From Candidatus Acidiferrales bacterium (lineage in GTDB: Bacteria > Acidobacteriota > Terriglobia > Acidiferrales > DATBWB01), in NCBI GenBank assembly GCA_036514995.1, contig DATBWB010000062.1, forward strand, positions 3,550-67,549: DNA of 64,000 bases, given 5' to 3'. The notes under the pieces are model-generated. The model did no database searches. It was not told the origin of the DNA and saw nothing but the letters and a program-made list of their open reading frames with translations. Within the stretch, counting starts at the first letter, position 1. Each line of letters opens with the position of its first letter. The translations under genes and the position numbers were made by a program. Positions 1-9,330 of this stretch are shown here, one piece after another.

Positions 1-242
1 CCGGGGCGGCGGTCGCCGAGATGGTGGAATCGATCCTCAAAGATAAGAAGAAAATCCTGCCCTGTTCGGTCTATCTGGAAGGTGAATACGGCATCCAAGG
101 GGTCTTTGTGGGCGTGCCGGTGAAACTGGGAGCGAGGGGCGTCGAGCAAATCATCGAGATCAAATTGACGCCGGAAGAAGATGCCGCCCTCAAGAAATCG
201 GCCGCGGGCGTCAAAGAATTGGTTGAGGTGATGAAACTGTAG
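1..242 (+). CDS. mdh: Malate dehydrogenase (LDH-like family), C-terminal part; 5' end outside window
   Basis: Frame of ORF 21..242 stays open to the window edge. The C-terminus [39 protein letters not shown] is typical of NAD-dependent LDH-type MDH. Confidence 0.8.
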   Translation, partial: GAAVAEMVESILKDKKKILPCSVYLEGEYGIQGVFVGVPVKLGARGVEQIIEIKLTPEEDAALKKSAAGVKELVEVMKL

Positions 243-290
243 CGCAGAGCTTCGGGCGGCGGTTGAAATCCGAAGCAAACAACGGGCTCC

Positions 291-326
291 AATGGGCGGG
301 CCGATCTGACCCGCCCATTATTGTTG
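291..326. terminator. Hairpin between convergent mdh and the downstream minus-strand gene (possible bidirectional intrinsic terminator)
   Basis: Perfect 10-bp stem AATGGGCGGG (291-300) / CCCGCCCATT (310-319) with a 9-nt loop, followed by ATTGTTG. It lies in a 124-bp convergent gap. Confidence 0.5.
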
Positions 327-366
327 ATGCATGCCACCCACGCGAAAGTCTGGGCCGCCGCGCCGA

Positions 367-1281
367 TCAGTGCGATCGGGTCATGGCCTCGCCTTTGCGC
401 ACGACCAGCGTGGAAAATTGCTGCCCGAGGAAGACGGCTGGTGTGCCGTTGACTTTGACGGTGACGTTGTCGGGGGTCTCGGCGGAGACGGTGAGTTTTT
501 GTTTTGCCGAAAAGACCATGCTCTTGCCGGGTTCGAGAGCGCCGACAAATACCTTTTCCTCATCCGAGAACAATGCCACCCAGGTTGGAGTGGAGACAGC
601 TACTTCCGCTTGAAAAAGTTCCGGCGCCGCTGCGGCCGCGCGCTGGCGCGAAGCGCGAACCAGCAACCCAATCCCGGTGAACATCAGGATTGCGACCAAA
701 GTAAGCGCCGCGATCGTCGAAGGCTTTTTCCAGGGGGAAAGGGCGAGACGACGGGACTCGTCCTCGACAAGTCGCTCCTCCGGCCGGCCAGACGAAGCCA
801 CGGTGGCGGGCTCAGTCGCGGGTTGCGGCGCGCGCATCTTGACGACCTTGAGGGCGTCAGTGTGGACGGCGGTTGTTGCGGTGGCGGCTCGTCTCGCCTC
901 AAAATCTTTTTGGGCCCTTGTGGCGACCCCAACCGGAGCTGGCTCAGCAACCTTGCTCGGCACGGAGGCTTCCGGCTGGATGGATGCCCGGGCCGAATCC
1001 TGCAGCCGTTCGGAGGCGCTTGGAATCCCCAGGCCGCAGTGCGGACAGATTTCCGTTTTGATCTTGACCACGTGCTGGCAAAAAGGACAGCGACGCGCCT
1101 TGCCGGCGCGGATCATTTTTTCCGGGTCACGAAAAAGCATCGCGAAGGGAAGGGCGAGGACGGGGCTGATGAGAAGCGAGACCGCAAAGAATTCAACGGC
1201 CGGCAATCCGCGACGAAGCGCCACCAACGACACCAGCCCGGACAGTGACAACCAAGCAAGCGCAACAGCGAGGACAAGCAT
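367..1281 (-). CDS. Membrane protein with a zinc-ribbon and a C-terminal RodZ-like (DUF4115-type) domain
   Basis: ORF 367..1338; likely start is the ATG at 1281 (MLVLAVALAWLSL). It has two N-terminal hydrophobic helices, a CPFC-x12-CPHC zinc ribbon, a Pro/Ala-rich linker and a third TM. The C-terminal WVALFSDEEKVFVGALEPGKSMVF...VTVKVNG resembles the RodZ C-domain. Confidence 0.6.
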   Translation of the reverse strand: MLVLAVALAWLSLSGLVSLVALRRGLPAVEFFAVSLLISPVLALPFAMLFRDPEKMIRAGKARRCPFCQHVVKIKTEICPHCGLGIPSASERLQDSARASIQPEASVPSKVAEPAPVGVATRAQKDFEARRAATATTAVHTDALKVVKMRAPQPATEPATVASSGRPEERLVEDESRRLALSPWKKPSTIAALTLVAILMFTGIGLLVRASRQRAAAAAPELFQAEVAVSTPTWVALFSDEEKVFVGALEPGKSMVFSAKQKLTVSAETPDNVTVKVNGTPAVFLGQQFSTLVVRKGEAMTRSH

Positions 1282-1671
1282 GGCTCGACTCCATCTGTTC
1301 AAGGCTGGGCAAAAAACCAGGCTGGGGTGCCAAGGCAAGCAATTTTCTACGCCTATTCTACCCTAAAAGGCAAGAAGCTCATGCAACTTTGTTCTCAGTT
1401 CCTAACCCCCTGTCCTGACAGTCTGTTGCAAGTTTCTTGCAAATCTTTACGGCCCCGTCACACATGGCGGTCGGGAAGAGAGCTATGCTGGGGCGGCAAG
1501 GGTCGCCCTGGTTTCCACACTTCGAAGTGGATAGGGGAAACGAACACGTGCGCCGGGCACGACGCGACTAGCGCCGTTCCAACTTAATGAGCCTATACAT
1601 CTCGATCCTGTATGATCAATAAAGGATGCCGTGTGGCTTGCGGAAAATGGCCCCAAATAGTTGGAACGGGA

Positions 1672-2376
1672 CTAGGCGGGCTTCGTCTTGCGCGCCGTTG
1701 GCTTGGGCTTTTCCGGCTCCGGGCCGACACGCTCGATGACCACTCTCTTTAGATAAACAGGCGTAACCGGTGAGGCCATCTCCCCCATGCTGTTGCGCTT
1801 TTTCGGAACAGCGGCAATTTTTTCCGCGACTTCCTGGCCTTCGATGACTTGCCCAAAAATGGTGTGCTTGTAGTTGAGGGGCATGGTGGGGACAAGGGTG
1901 ATGAAAAACTGGGAAGCGCCGGTGTTGGGTTGGCCGATGTTGGCCATGCCCAACCGCCCGGGACGGTCGTATTGGAGGCTGGGGTCGAATTCATCGGGAA
2001 TGGTGAAGCCGACGTCTCCGGTGCCGTCGCCCTTGGGATCGCCGGTCTGGATCATAAAGCCCGGGATGACGCGGTGAAAAAGCACGTTCGAATAAAGCGG
2101 TTTGCCGACCATCTGCGCCCCGGTTTTTGGATTCGTCCAGGGCTTGGTGCCCTTGGAAAGAGCTACAAAGCTTCCGACGGTGGCGGGCGTCTCTTTTTCG
2201 AAAAGCCGCGCCACGATGTTTCCCAAAGAAGTCTCCAGGGTTGCGTAAAGGCCGTCCTCGCGCGCTGGTTGAGCGGGCGGGCTGGCGGGCGACGGCGCAG
2301 CCGGTTCTTGCGCCCAAAGGAAGGCAGTGACGAGAAGAGTCACGACAGCCGGGAGGCAAAACCACGTTCGATCCAT
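1672..2376 (-). CDS. Peptidyl-prolyl cis-trans isomerase, cyclophilin type, with signal peptide
   Basis: Cyclophilin signature FHRVIPGFMIQTGDP..GTG and GMAN..PNTGASQFFI. N-terminal hydrophobic signal MDRTWFCLPAVVTLLVTAFLWA. Confidence 0.9.
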   Translation of the reverse strand: MDRTWFCLPAVVTLLVTAFLWAQEPAAPSPASPPAQPAREDGLYATLETSLGNIVARLFEKETPATVGSFVALSKGTKPWTNPKTGAQMVGKPLYSNVLFHRVIPGFMIQTGDPKGDGTGDVGFTIPDEFDPSLQYDRPGRLGMANIGQPNTGASQFFITLVPTMPLNYKHTIFGQVIEGQEVAEKIAAVPKKRNSMGEMASPVTPVYLKRVVIERVGPEPEKPKPTARKTKPA

Positions 2377-2458
2377 GTTTGCATATCTCCGTTTTTTTGA
2401 AATACGATAACTCGAATCTGAAATTCCAAGTTTCCGAGCTGAGATCGAAATCCAATAC

Positions 2459-3676
2459 TCAAGGCGCCGAGTGCTCGAGCCGGCTGACTTTATCTACCTT
2501 CGCCATGACGCGCAACACATTCCCACCCAGAATTTTCTTGATGTCCCCGTCGCTGTACCCGCGCCGCAGAAGTTCTTCCGTCAATTGCGGAAGGCGGGAG
2601 GCATCTTCCATTCCCTCCGGCATGTCAGCCCCGTCGAAGTCCGAACCGAGACCCACATGGTCCACACCGACAAGTTTCACGACGTGATCGATGTGATCCA
2701 CGATGTCCGTCCAGGCCACCTTGGGAAGCGAACGGTGATTTTCGATGTCGAGCCGCCGGATCTCCTCCGCGCGTTTCTTGTGGTCGCTCGCATACTTCGC
2801 CTCAATGGCGTCGCGCCGTTTGCTGAATTGGTCTCGGTGCTTGCGGGATTCATCAAGATACTTTTGGTTCAGGAACCCGGCGTAAAAGTTGATTTGCATG
2901 ACCCCGCCGTTTTTCGCGAGAGCGCGGATCATGTCGTCGCTGATGTTGCGCGGGTGGTCGTTCAAGGCGCGGCAGGAGGAATGGGAGGCGATGAGCGGCG
3001 CTTTCGAGGTGGCAACGGCATCGTAGAAGGTCTTGTCGGAAACATGGGAGATGTCCACCATCATGCCCAGCCGGTTCATTTCGCGCACGACCGCTTTGCC
3101 AAAGTCAGAAAGGCCATCGTGGGCCGGGGTGTCGGTAGAGCTGTCGGCCCAATCCGTGTTCTTGCTGTGCGTCAGGGTCATATACCGCACGCCAAGCGCG
3201 TGGTACGTCCGGAGCAAACGCAGGTCGCTGTCTATCATGTGCCCGCCTTCCAAGCCCATGAGCAACGCGATTTTTCCCTGGCGTTTGGCGCGGCGGATAT
3301 CCTCAGCGGTGGTGGCGAGCATCAGCTTGTCCGGGTGACGCCGGGCCTGTTCGCGCACGGCATCGATGAGTTTGAGCGAGCGTTCGACAGCCGGGGCACC
3401 CTGGGTCCTGACGTTGACCCAGATGGATTGAAACGTCGCGTCCAACCCGCCCTCCCTCATGCGGGGGATGTCTATAGCACCTTCGGGGTCACGGTGATCC
3501 AAATCGAAATCTTCATCCAGCATGCGTTGCGGGGTATCGGCATGCGTATCCACGACAATCGCTTCGCGCTGGATCCTTTGCGCGCGCTCCTTCAAGTCTT
3601 GAGCTGGGCGAGACCCAAGCGGAATGGCCGCGAGTATAAGGAAACCGACAAACCCTGACGACAGAGCACGCGGCAT
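2459..3676 (-). CDS. Membrane dipeptidase (peptidase family M19)
   Basis: Motifs VVDTHADTP, DISHVSDKTF and HVGLGSDFDGA. I trimmed the 548-aa ORF to the ATG at 3676 (MPRALSSGFVGFLILAAIPLG signal); the upstream extension has no homology and low-complexity character. Confidence 0.88.
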   Translation of the reverse strand: MPRALSSGFVGFLILAAIPLGSRPAQDLKERAQRIQREAIVVDTHADTPQRMLDEDFDLDHRDPEGAIDIPRMREGGLDATFQSIWVNVRTQGAPAVERSLKLIDAVREQARRHPDKLMLATTAEDIRRAKRQGKIALLMGLEGGHMIDSDLRLLRTYHALGVRYMTLTHSKNTDWADSSTDTPAHDGLSDFGKAVVREMNRLGMMVDISHVSDKTFYDAVATSKAPLIASHSSCRALNDHPRNISDDMIRALAKNGGVMQINFYAGFLNQKYLDESRKHRDQFSKRRDAIEAKYASDHKKRAEEIRRLDIENHRSLPKVAWTDIVDHIDHVVKLVGVDHVGLGSDFDGADMPEGMEDASRLPQLTEELLRRGYSDGDIKKILGGNVLRVMAKVDKVSRLEHSAP

Positions 3677-4103
3677 GGTGAGGACCCTCCGGGATACGGG
3701 GAAGACAGAATGCCACAATATACCGCGCCGGGCAACGGTGCGCTCTTCATGTTCCTCGATGAAAGGATGCTCAGAACGAAGTTGAACGAGACTTTTGCTT
3801 TGTGTAGGATATGGATTCTCTCTAGTTCCGACGAGTCGGGACAAGGGAAGCGGGCGTATTCGATGGCCCCGCCTGACCGCATATAGAGAGGTTGTCCTTT
3901 CTATCCCGCCGCCCCGTTCGAAGAAGGATGTTTGTGCGCTACGTCCCCAGAAGACTGCCAAGAAAGTCCGCAGATGCTGAAGGCGGGAGGCCGTTGCGGC
4001 GGACCGGGGAATTCCTTTTGACCGAGGGCAGACGTTGGCTTCTGCCTTGAGTGCGGGCGCGGGTGCCGAGGCAACCGCAAGCTGTTTCCGGAGGAGGCTC
4101 GAC

Positions 4104-4493
4104 ATGGACGAAGGTCGCGGAGGAATTTTTGCCTGGCTCGGCTATCGCGGAGGCCCCGGCCAGTTGGCCTGGGTGCTGCACCGGGTGACGGGCATTGGCG
4201 TGTTGTTGTTTTTTGTCATCCACGTAGTGGACACGATGTTCATCTGCTATGGCCCTGAACTTTACAACAAGGTGATGGCGCTCTACCGGCTGCCGCTCTT
4301 TCGCTATGGAGAAATCGCCCTGGCGGCGGCGCTCCTCTATCACGCGATCAACGGCATCCGGATCACGATTTTGGATTTCTGGCCGGAGTTGGGGAGGAAG
4401 CAGCGGGCGCTTTTTTATGCTGAGATGGTTCTTTTCACCGTCATTTTTGTTCCCGGCGCGTTGTGGATGCTTAAGTCGTTTGTGAAATTCTAG
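4104..4493 (+). CDS. sdhC: Succinate dehydrogenase cytochrome b subunit
   Basis: About 130 aa with three hydrophobic helices (HRVTGIGVLLFFVIHVV, His ligand context). Immediately upstream of sdhD-sdhA-sdhB. Start taken at the ATG at 4104. Confidence 0.8.
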   Translation: MDEGRGGIFAWLGYRGGPGQLAWVLHRVTGIGVLLFFVIHVVDTMFICYGPELYNKVMALYRLPLFRYGEIALAAALLYHAINGIRITILDFWPELGRKQRALFYAEMVLFTVIFVPGALWMLKSFVKF

Positions 4494-4582
4494 CGCTGTT
4501 GGCGCGTTGCGGCGCGGCCGAATCCGGAGAGAATCGAAATGGCTGGCTTGGGACAAGATCGGCGGGAGTGATTCCAGGAGAG

Positions 4583-4996
4583 ATGAATCGGAAGGGAACC
4601 AGGAGAACGACCATGGGAATCAGCGGAGCAGGTGGACATATTCGGCCGTTGGGGGGCTTGGAGTTGAGCGCATGGATTTTTATGCGCGTCTCGGGGGTTG
4701 TGCTGCTCTTCATGGCGCTCATTCATCTGGCCGTCATGCATATCATCAACAACGTGGATGTGATTGATTACGCTTTTGTCGCTCGGCGCTACGCGCTGCC
4801 CTTTTGGCGGATTTACGACTGGCTGATGCTCTCCCTGGCGCTGCTTCATGGCTTCAATGGGGCGCGTGTGCTGGTGGACGACTACTTTCGTCCGGGCGGC
4901 CGCCGCACCACCACCCTCGCTGTGCTTTATCTGCTCGCTTTCGTTATCTACATTCTAGGTTCGTACACGATCTTGACTTTCGTCCCGAAAGTCTAA
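4583..4996 (+). CDS. sdhD: Succinate dehydrogenase hydrophobic membrane anchor subunit
   Basis: Small three-helix membrane protein between sdhC and sdhA (FMRVSGVVLLFMALIHLAVMH). Start uncertain: ATG at 4583 or 4613. Confidence 0.75.
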   Translation: MNRKGTRRTTMGISGAGGHIRPLGGLELSAWIFMRVSGVVLLFMALIHLAVMHIINNVDVIDYAFVARRYALPFWRIYDWLMLSLALLHGFNGARVLVDDYFRPGGRRTTTLAVLYLLAFVIYILGSYTILTFVPKV

Positions 4997-5008
4997 CGGG
5001 GTCAACCG

Positions 5009-6739
5009 GTGGCTGAAATTCATAGATATGATGCAGTGATCATCGGAGGCGGCGGCGCGGGGTTGATGGGCGCCGTGCAGCTTGCCGGCAAATGCAATCT
5101 GGCGGTCTTGAGCAAGCTTTACCCGATCCGCTCTCACACCGGCACCGCCCAGGGTGGAATTGGGGCGGCGCTCGGGAACATGGAAGAGGACCACCCCGAG
5201 TGGCACACCTTTGACACGGTAAAGGGAGGCGACTACCTGGTGGATCAGGACGCCGCCGAAATGATGTGCCGCGAGGCGGTTGAGACCGTCTATGACCTCG
5301 AGCATATGGGGCTACCCTTCTCCCGCACCGAGGACGGAAGGATTGCCCAGCGGCGGTTCGGCGGCCACACGAAAGAATTTGGCAAGGCACCTGTTCGCCG
5401 GTCCTGCTATGCGGCTGACCGTACCGGTCACATGATTCTCCAAACGCTCTACCAGCAGTGCATCAAGCAGCAAGTGCACTTCTTTGACGAATTCCAGGTG
5501 GTGGACGTCCTGCTGGAGAATGGTCGCGCGGTCGGGGTGGTCGCCATCCAGGCAGCCACGGGCGAGCTGCACCTCTTCCACGCCAAGGCGCTGCTCTTTG
5601 CCTCCGGGGGTTGCGGGCGCATCTATCAGATTACGTCCAACGGCCACGCGCTGACGGGCGACGGGATGGCCATTTGCCTTCGCCGGGGCATCCCGTTGGA
5701 GGACATGGAATTTTTCCAGTTCCACCCCACGGGCATCTACAAGATGGGCATCCTCATCACCGAGGGGGCGCGTGGGGAAGGCGGCATCCTGCGCAACCGC
5801 AAGGGCGAGCGCTTCATGCAGCGTTACTCGCCTACGCTGCTTGATCTGGCGCCTCGCGACATCATCTCCCGGGCCATGTACCTGGAAGCCCGCAACGGAT
5901 TGGGGATCGACGGGAAAAACTATTTCCATCTGGATTTGACCCACCTTGACCGCAAAATCCTCGAGGAAAAATTGCCCGACGTCACCGACTTTGTGCGCAC
6001 CTACCTTGGTATTGACCCGGTGAAGGAGCCGATTCCGGTGCAACCCACCGCGCATTATCCCATGGGGGGCATCCCGACCGACATGGACGGTCGGGTGCTG
6101 TGCGACGAGAAGAATACGGTCGTTCCGGGCATGTATGCTGCCGGGGAGGTGGCCTGTGTTTCCGTCCACGGCGCGAATCGTTTGGGGACGAACTCGTTGG
6201 TGGACATCCTGGTTTTTGGACGGCGCGCCGGCCGGGACATGCTGAAGCTGGTGAATGCCGCGGATTGGCCGCCACTTCCTCCCGAGCCGGACGGCTTCGC
6301 TCGGCAGCAGATTGAGGCGTTGCGGACCGCCAGCGGCAAGGAATCGGCCGCAGCCATCCGGGAGACACTCCAGAACGATATGATGGACAAGGCATCGGTC
6401 TTCCGCGACGCAACGCAGCTAAAGGCCATGCAGGCGAAGCTCGCCGAGCTGCGCGAGCGGTACAAGCAGGTTCGGGTGCGGGACAGAGGCTCGGTTTTCA
6501 ACACCGAATTGCTGGAGGCCCTGGAGCTGGGGTATTTGATCGATCTGGCCGAAACGATCGTCGTCGGCGCCGTGGCGCGAGACGAGAGCCGCGGGGCGCA
6601 CTATCGCGAGGATTTTCCCCAGCGCGACGACGCTCAGTGGCTCAAGCACACTCTCTTCTACCAGACGGACAAGGGACCACGATTGACCTATAAGCCGGTG
6701 GTCATTACGAAGTATCAGCCGCAGGAGCGGAAATATTGA
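5009..6739 (+). CDS. sdhA: Succinate dehydrogenase flavoprotein subunit
   Basis: FAD fold YDAVIIGGGGAGL, covalent-FAD region RSHTGTAQGG, plus HPTG and ANRLGTNSL motifs. 576 aa with a GTG start. Confidence 0.95.
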   Translation: MAEIHRYDAVIIGGGGAGLMGAVQLAGKCNLAVLSKLYPIRSHTGTAQGGIGAALGNMEEDHPEWHTFDTVKGGDYLVDQDAAEMMCREAVETVYDLEHMGLPFSRTEDGRIAQRRFGGHTKEFGKAPVRRSCYAADRTGHMILQTLYQQCIKQQVHFFDEFQVVDVLLENGRAVGVVAIQAATGELHLFHAKALLFASGGCGRIYQITSNGHALTGDGMAICLRRGIPLEDMEFFQFHPTGIYKMGILITEGARGEGGILRNRKGERFMQRYSPTLLDLAPRDIISRAMYLEARNGLGIDGKNYFHLDLTHLDRKILEEKLPDVTDFVRTYLGIDPVKEPIPVQPTAHYPMGGIPTDMDGRVLCDEKNTVVPGMYAAGEVACVSVHGANRLGTNSLVDILVFGRRAGRDMLKLVNAADWPPLPPEPDGFARQQIEALRTASGKESAAAIRETLQNDMMDKASVFRDATQLKAMQAKLAELRERYKQVRVRDRGSVFNTELLEALELGYLIDLAETIVVGAVARDESRGAHYREDFPQRDDAQWLKHTLFYQTDKGPRLTYKPVVITKYQPQERKY

Positions 6740-6770
6740 ATCTGTCCGGCGCGAAAGATAGGGAACCACG

Positions 6771-7469
6771 ATGCAAATTACCCTGAAGATCAAGCGCTTC
6801 GACCCGGCCAGGGACAAGGAAGCTCACTTCGAGTCCTACACGGTCGAAGCCGAGCCCACCGACCGCCTCCTCGATGTCCTGAATACGGTCAAGTGGCATC
6901 AAGACGGAACGCTGGCTTACCGCCGCTCCTGTGGTCACGGCATTTGTGGTTCGGACGCGATGCTCCTCAATGGCCGGAACCGGCTGGCCTGCCGCGAGCT
7001 CATCAAAAACCTGGGTGGGCGCATCACCATCGAGCCCCTGCGCGGCTTCAAGGTCATCAAGGACCTAATTGTGGACATGGACGCTTTCTTTGCAAAATAC
7101 CGCGGCATCAAGCCTTATCTGCAGCCGGGCGACCCTGACCCCGATAAGGAGCGCCGCCAAAGCATCCTCCAGCGCGAGCGTTTTGACGACACCACCAAAT
7201 GCATTCTCTGTGCTTGCTGCACCACTGCCTGTCCCTCCTACTGGGCAAACCCGGACTATCTGGGACCGGCCGCGATCGTGCAGGGCCATCGCTTCCTCTT
7301 TGATAGCCGCGATGCAGCAAAGGAGGAGCGCCTGGCCATTCTCAATGGAGGCGACGGCGTTTGGCGCTGCCGGACGATCTTCAACTGCGTGGATGCCTGT
7401 CCTCGCGATATTGATGTCACGCGGGCCATTGGCGAGGTCAAGAAGGCCTTGCTGACGGGCAAAGTCTAG
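6771..7469 (+). CDS. sdhB: Succinate dehydrogenase iron-sulfur subunit
   Basis: Three Cys clusters: CGHGICGSDAM (2Fe-2S), CILCACCTTACP (4Fe-4S) and CRTIFNCVDACP (3Fe-4S). Confidence 0.95.
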   Translation: MQITLKIKRFDPARDKEAHFESYTVEAEPTDRLLDVLNTVKWHQDGTLAYRRSCGHGICGSDAMLLNGRNRLACRELIKNLGGRITIEPLRGFKVIKDLIVDMDAFFAKYRGIKPYLQPGDPDPDKERRQSILQRERFDDTTKCILCACCTTACPSYWANPDYLGPAAIVQGHRFLFDSRDAAKEERLAILNGGDGVWRCRTIFNCVDACPRDIDVTRAIGEVKKALLTGKV

Positions 7470-7480
7470 GGCTGAAGCCG

Positions 7481-9268
7481 ATGCTCTCGCTGATCCAACC
7501 GTTCTCGTCCCATTGCCGCCCATCGTCGAACAGTGAGGGACACGGCCTTGCCCGTAAGGATCGCAGGTTCCGTCCGGTTGGAACGACGCTAGCTTTTTTC
7601 CGACGCTCCGCCATCCTGCTTCTGCTTTTCTTTTTTGCCGTCGCTCCCCTGGCAGCGGAAGAAGTACGGATCACCATCGCCGCCACCACCGATACGCACG
7701 CCAATATCTGGCCGCTGGACTATTATCGAAACCAGCCGGCCAATCGCGGCTTGGCCAAGGCCTTTACCATCATCCAGAGCATTCGCGCTCAGAATCCGAA
7801 CACGCTGCTCGTGGATTGTGGCGATACGATTCAAGGGACGCCGCTGGGTTACTACTTCAGTCGCAGAGACCTGGAGCGGCCCAACCCGGTCGTCCTGGTG
7901 ATGAACCGGATGGGCTATGACGCAATGGCTGTGGGAAATCACGAATTCAATTTTGGGCTGAAGGCGCTATGGAAGGCAAAGAAGGAATCAAGATTTCCCT
8001 GGCTCAGCGCCAATACCCGCGGGGTCTATGCCGACCCGGTGCGCGCCTTTCCGCCATACCTGGTCAAGGAGGTTGCCGGTGTGCGGGTGGGGATTCTGGG
8101 TCTCACCACACCCGGTATTCCTCGCTGGGAGCTGCCCCAACACTATACGGGCTATAAGTTTCAAGGCATTGTTTCCACGGCGCGCAAATTCGTCTCCATT
8201 TTGCGAAACCGGGAGAGAGCTGATGTCGTCATCCTGATTGTCCATTCGGGTTTGGACCGCGATACGGAGACGGGCCAGATTCATCCTGGGCAGGTTCCTG
8301 GGGAGAATGCCGTATGGGAACTCGCTCACAGCATTCCAGGGATTGACGCCATCATCTTCGGTCACACGCATCAGGAAGTGGAGGGACGGTTCGTCAAAGG
8401 GGTTCTGCTGACCCAGCCGAAGAATTGGGCGCAGTCAGTGGCGCAAGTGGATCTGAGTTTGAGCAGGCGCGACGGGCGCTGGAAGGTGGAAGCAAAACAG
8501 AGCAAGGTCATCCGGGTAACGGACGAGGTTGTTGCCGACCCCGAAATCCTGGTGATGACGAGGGAGCACGAAGAAGCCACGCAGAAGTATCTCGAGACGC
8601 CGATCGCGCGCGTGGACAAAACACTCAGCGCGCAGAATGCGCGCTATGAGGATAACCCCCTCGTGGATCTCATACTGAAGGCAGAGATGGAATACGGCAA
8701 GGCGGATGTGGCCTTGGCTTCCGTCTTCAATCCAGCCGCCAAAATCCCAGCGGGGCCTGTTACCGTGCGCCAGATCGCTTCGCTCTACTTTTACGAAAAC
8801 ACTCTCTACACCGTGGAAATGACCGGGAAGGCCCTGAAGCTGGCCCTGGAACATGCAGCCGAATATTTCCAAGGCTGGCCGGTTGCACCCGGGACTCCCC
8901 TGACCAGCGGAAAGCTGTTCGGCTACAACTACGACATGGCCGAGGGCGTCTCCTACAAAATTGATTTGCGCCGGCCGCCGGGCAGCCGCATCGTGGATTT
9001 GAAATTCCATGACCAGCCGCTCCAGCCGCAACAGAAACTACGACTCGCCGTCAACAGCTATCGTTATGCCGGCGGCGGACAGTACACCATGCTTCGGCAT
9101 GCGCCGATTCTTTTTCAGTCGGCCGTGGAAGTCCGCGACCTGCTGATTGATTTCGTGACGCGGAATGGCACGCTCCCCACCAAGCCCACGGGCAATTGGG
9201 AAATTATTCCCCCGGAAGCTCGTGAAGCTCTCGTGCAGTCAGTTGCGTCCGGCGACGGAGCTCGATAG
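7481..9268 (+). CDS. Bifunctional metallophosphatase/5'-nucleotidase family protein (UshA/CpdB-like), exported
   Basis: Calcineurin-like motifs TTDTHAN, GDTIQG and GNHEFNFG, plus a C-terminal 5'-nucleotidase domain. Hydrophobic signal ILLLLFFFAVAPLAA. The exact start is uncertain. Confidence 0.85.
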   Translation: MLSLIQPFSSHCRPSSNSEGHGLARKDRRFRPVGTTLAFFRRSAILLLLFFFAVAPLAAEEVRITIAATTDTHANIWPLDYYRNQPANRGLAKAFTIIQSIRAQNPNTLLVDCGDTIQGTPLGYYFSRRDLERPNPVVLVMNRMGYDAMAVGNHEFNFGLKALWKAKKESRFPWLSANTRGVYADPVRAFPPYLVKEVAGVRVGILGLTTPGIPRWELPQHYTGYKFQGIVSTARKFVSILRNRERADVVILIVHSGLDRDTETGQIHPGQVPGENAVWELAHSIPGIDAIIFGHTHQEVEGRFVKGVLLTQPKNWAQSVAQVDLSLSRRDGRWKVEAKQSKVIRVTDEVVADPEILVMTREHEEATQKYLETPIARVDKTLSAQNARYEDNPLVDLILKAEMEYGKADVALASVFNPAAKIPAGPVTVRQIASLYFYENTLYTVEMTGKALKLALEHAAEYFQGWPVAPGTPLTSGKLFGYNYDMAEGVSYKIDLRRPPGSRIVDLKFHDQPLQPQQKLRLAVNSYRYAGGGQYTMLRHAPILFQSAVEVRDLLIDFVTRNGTLPTKPTGNWEIIPPEAREALVQSVASGDGAR

Positions 9269-9279
9269 CCTCCGACTGC

Positions 9280-9305
9280 CGAAAATCGAAAAGCGAAAAT
9301 CGAAG
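9280..9305 (+). repeat. Heptad tandem array CGAAAAT CGAAAAG CGAAAAT CGAAG (GAAAANN period 7)
   Basis: Read directly from the sequence. It starts 12 nt after the TAG of the 5'-nucleotidase gene and contains the 19-mer TCGAAAAGCGAAAATCGAA, which is identical to 17308-17326. Confidence 0.9.
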
Positions 9306-9330
9306 CGGGCCTCAGTGCTCCCCACTTCAG

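Noticed and set aside
3958-3973. CCAAGAAAGTCCGCAG resembles the RNase P RNA GAGGAAAGTCCGGGC box, inside a 427-bp non-coding gap
   Set aside because: The other universally conserved RNase P RNA elements (for example ACAGAACCCGGCTTA, or an AGGGTGAAAGGGTG-like sequence) are absent on either strand. The similarity is too short.
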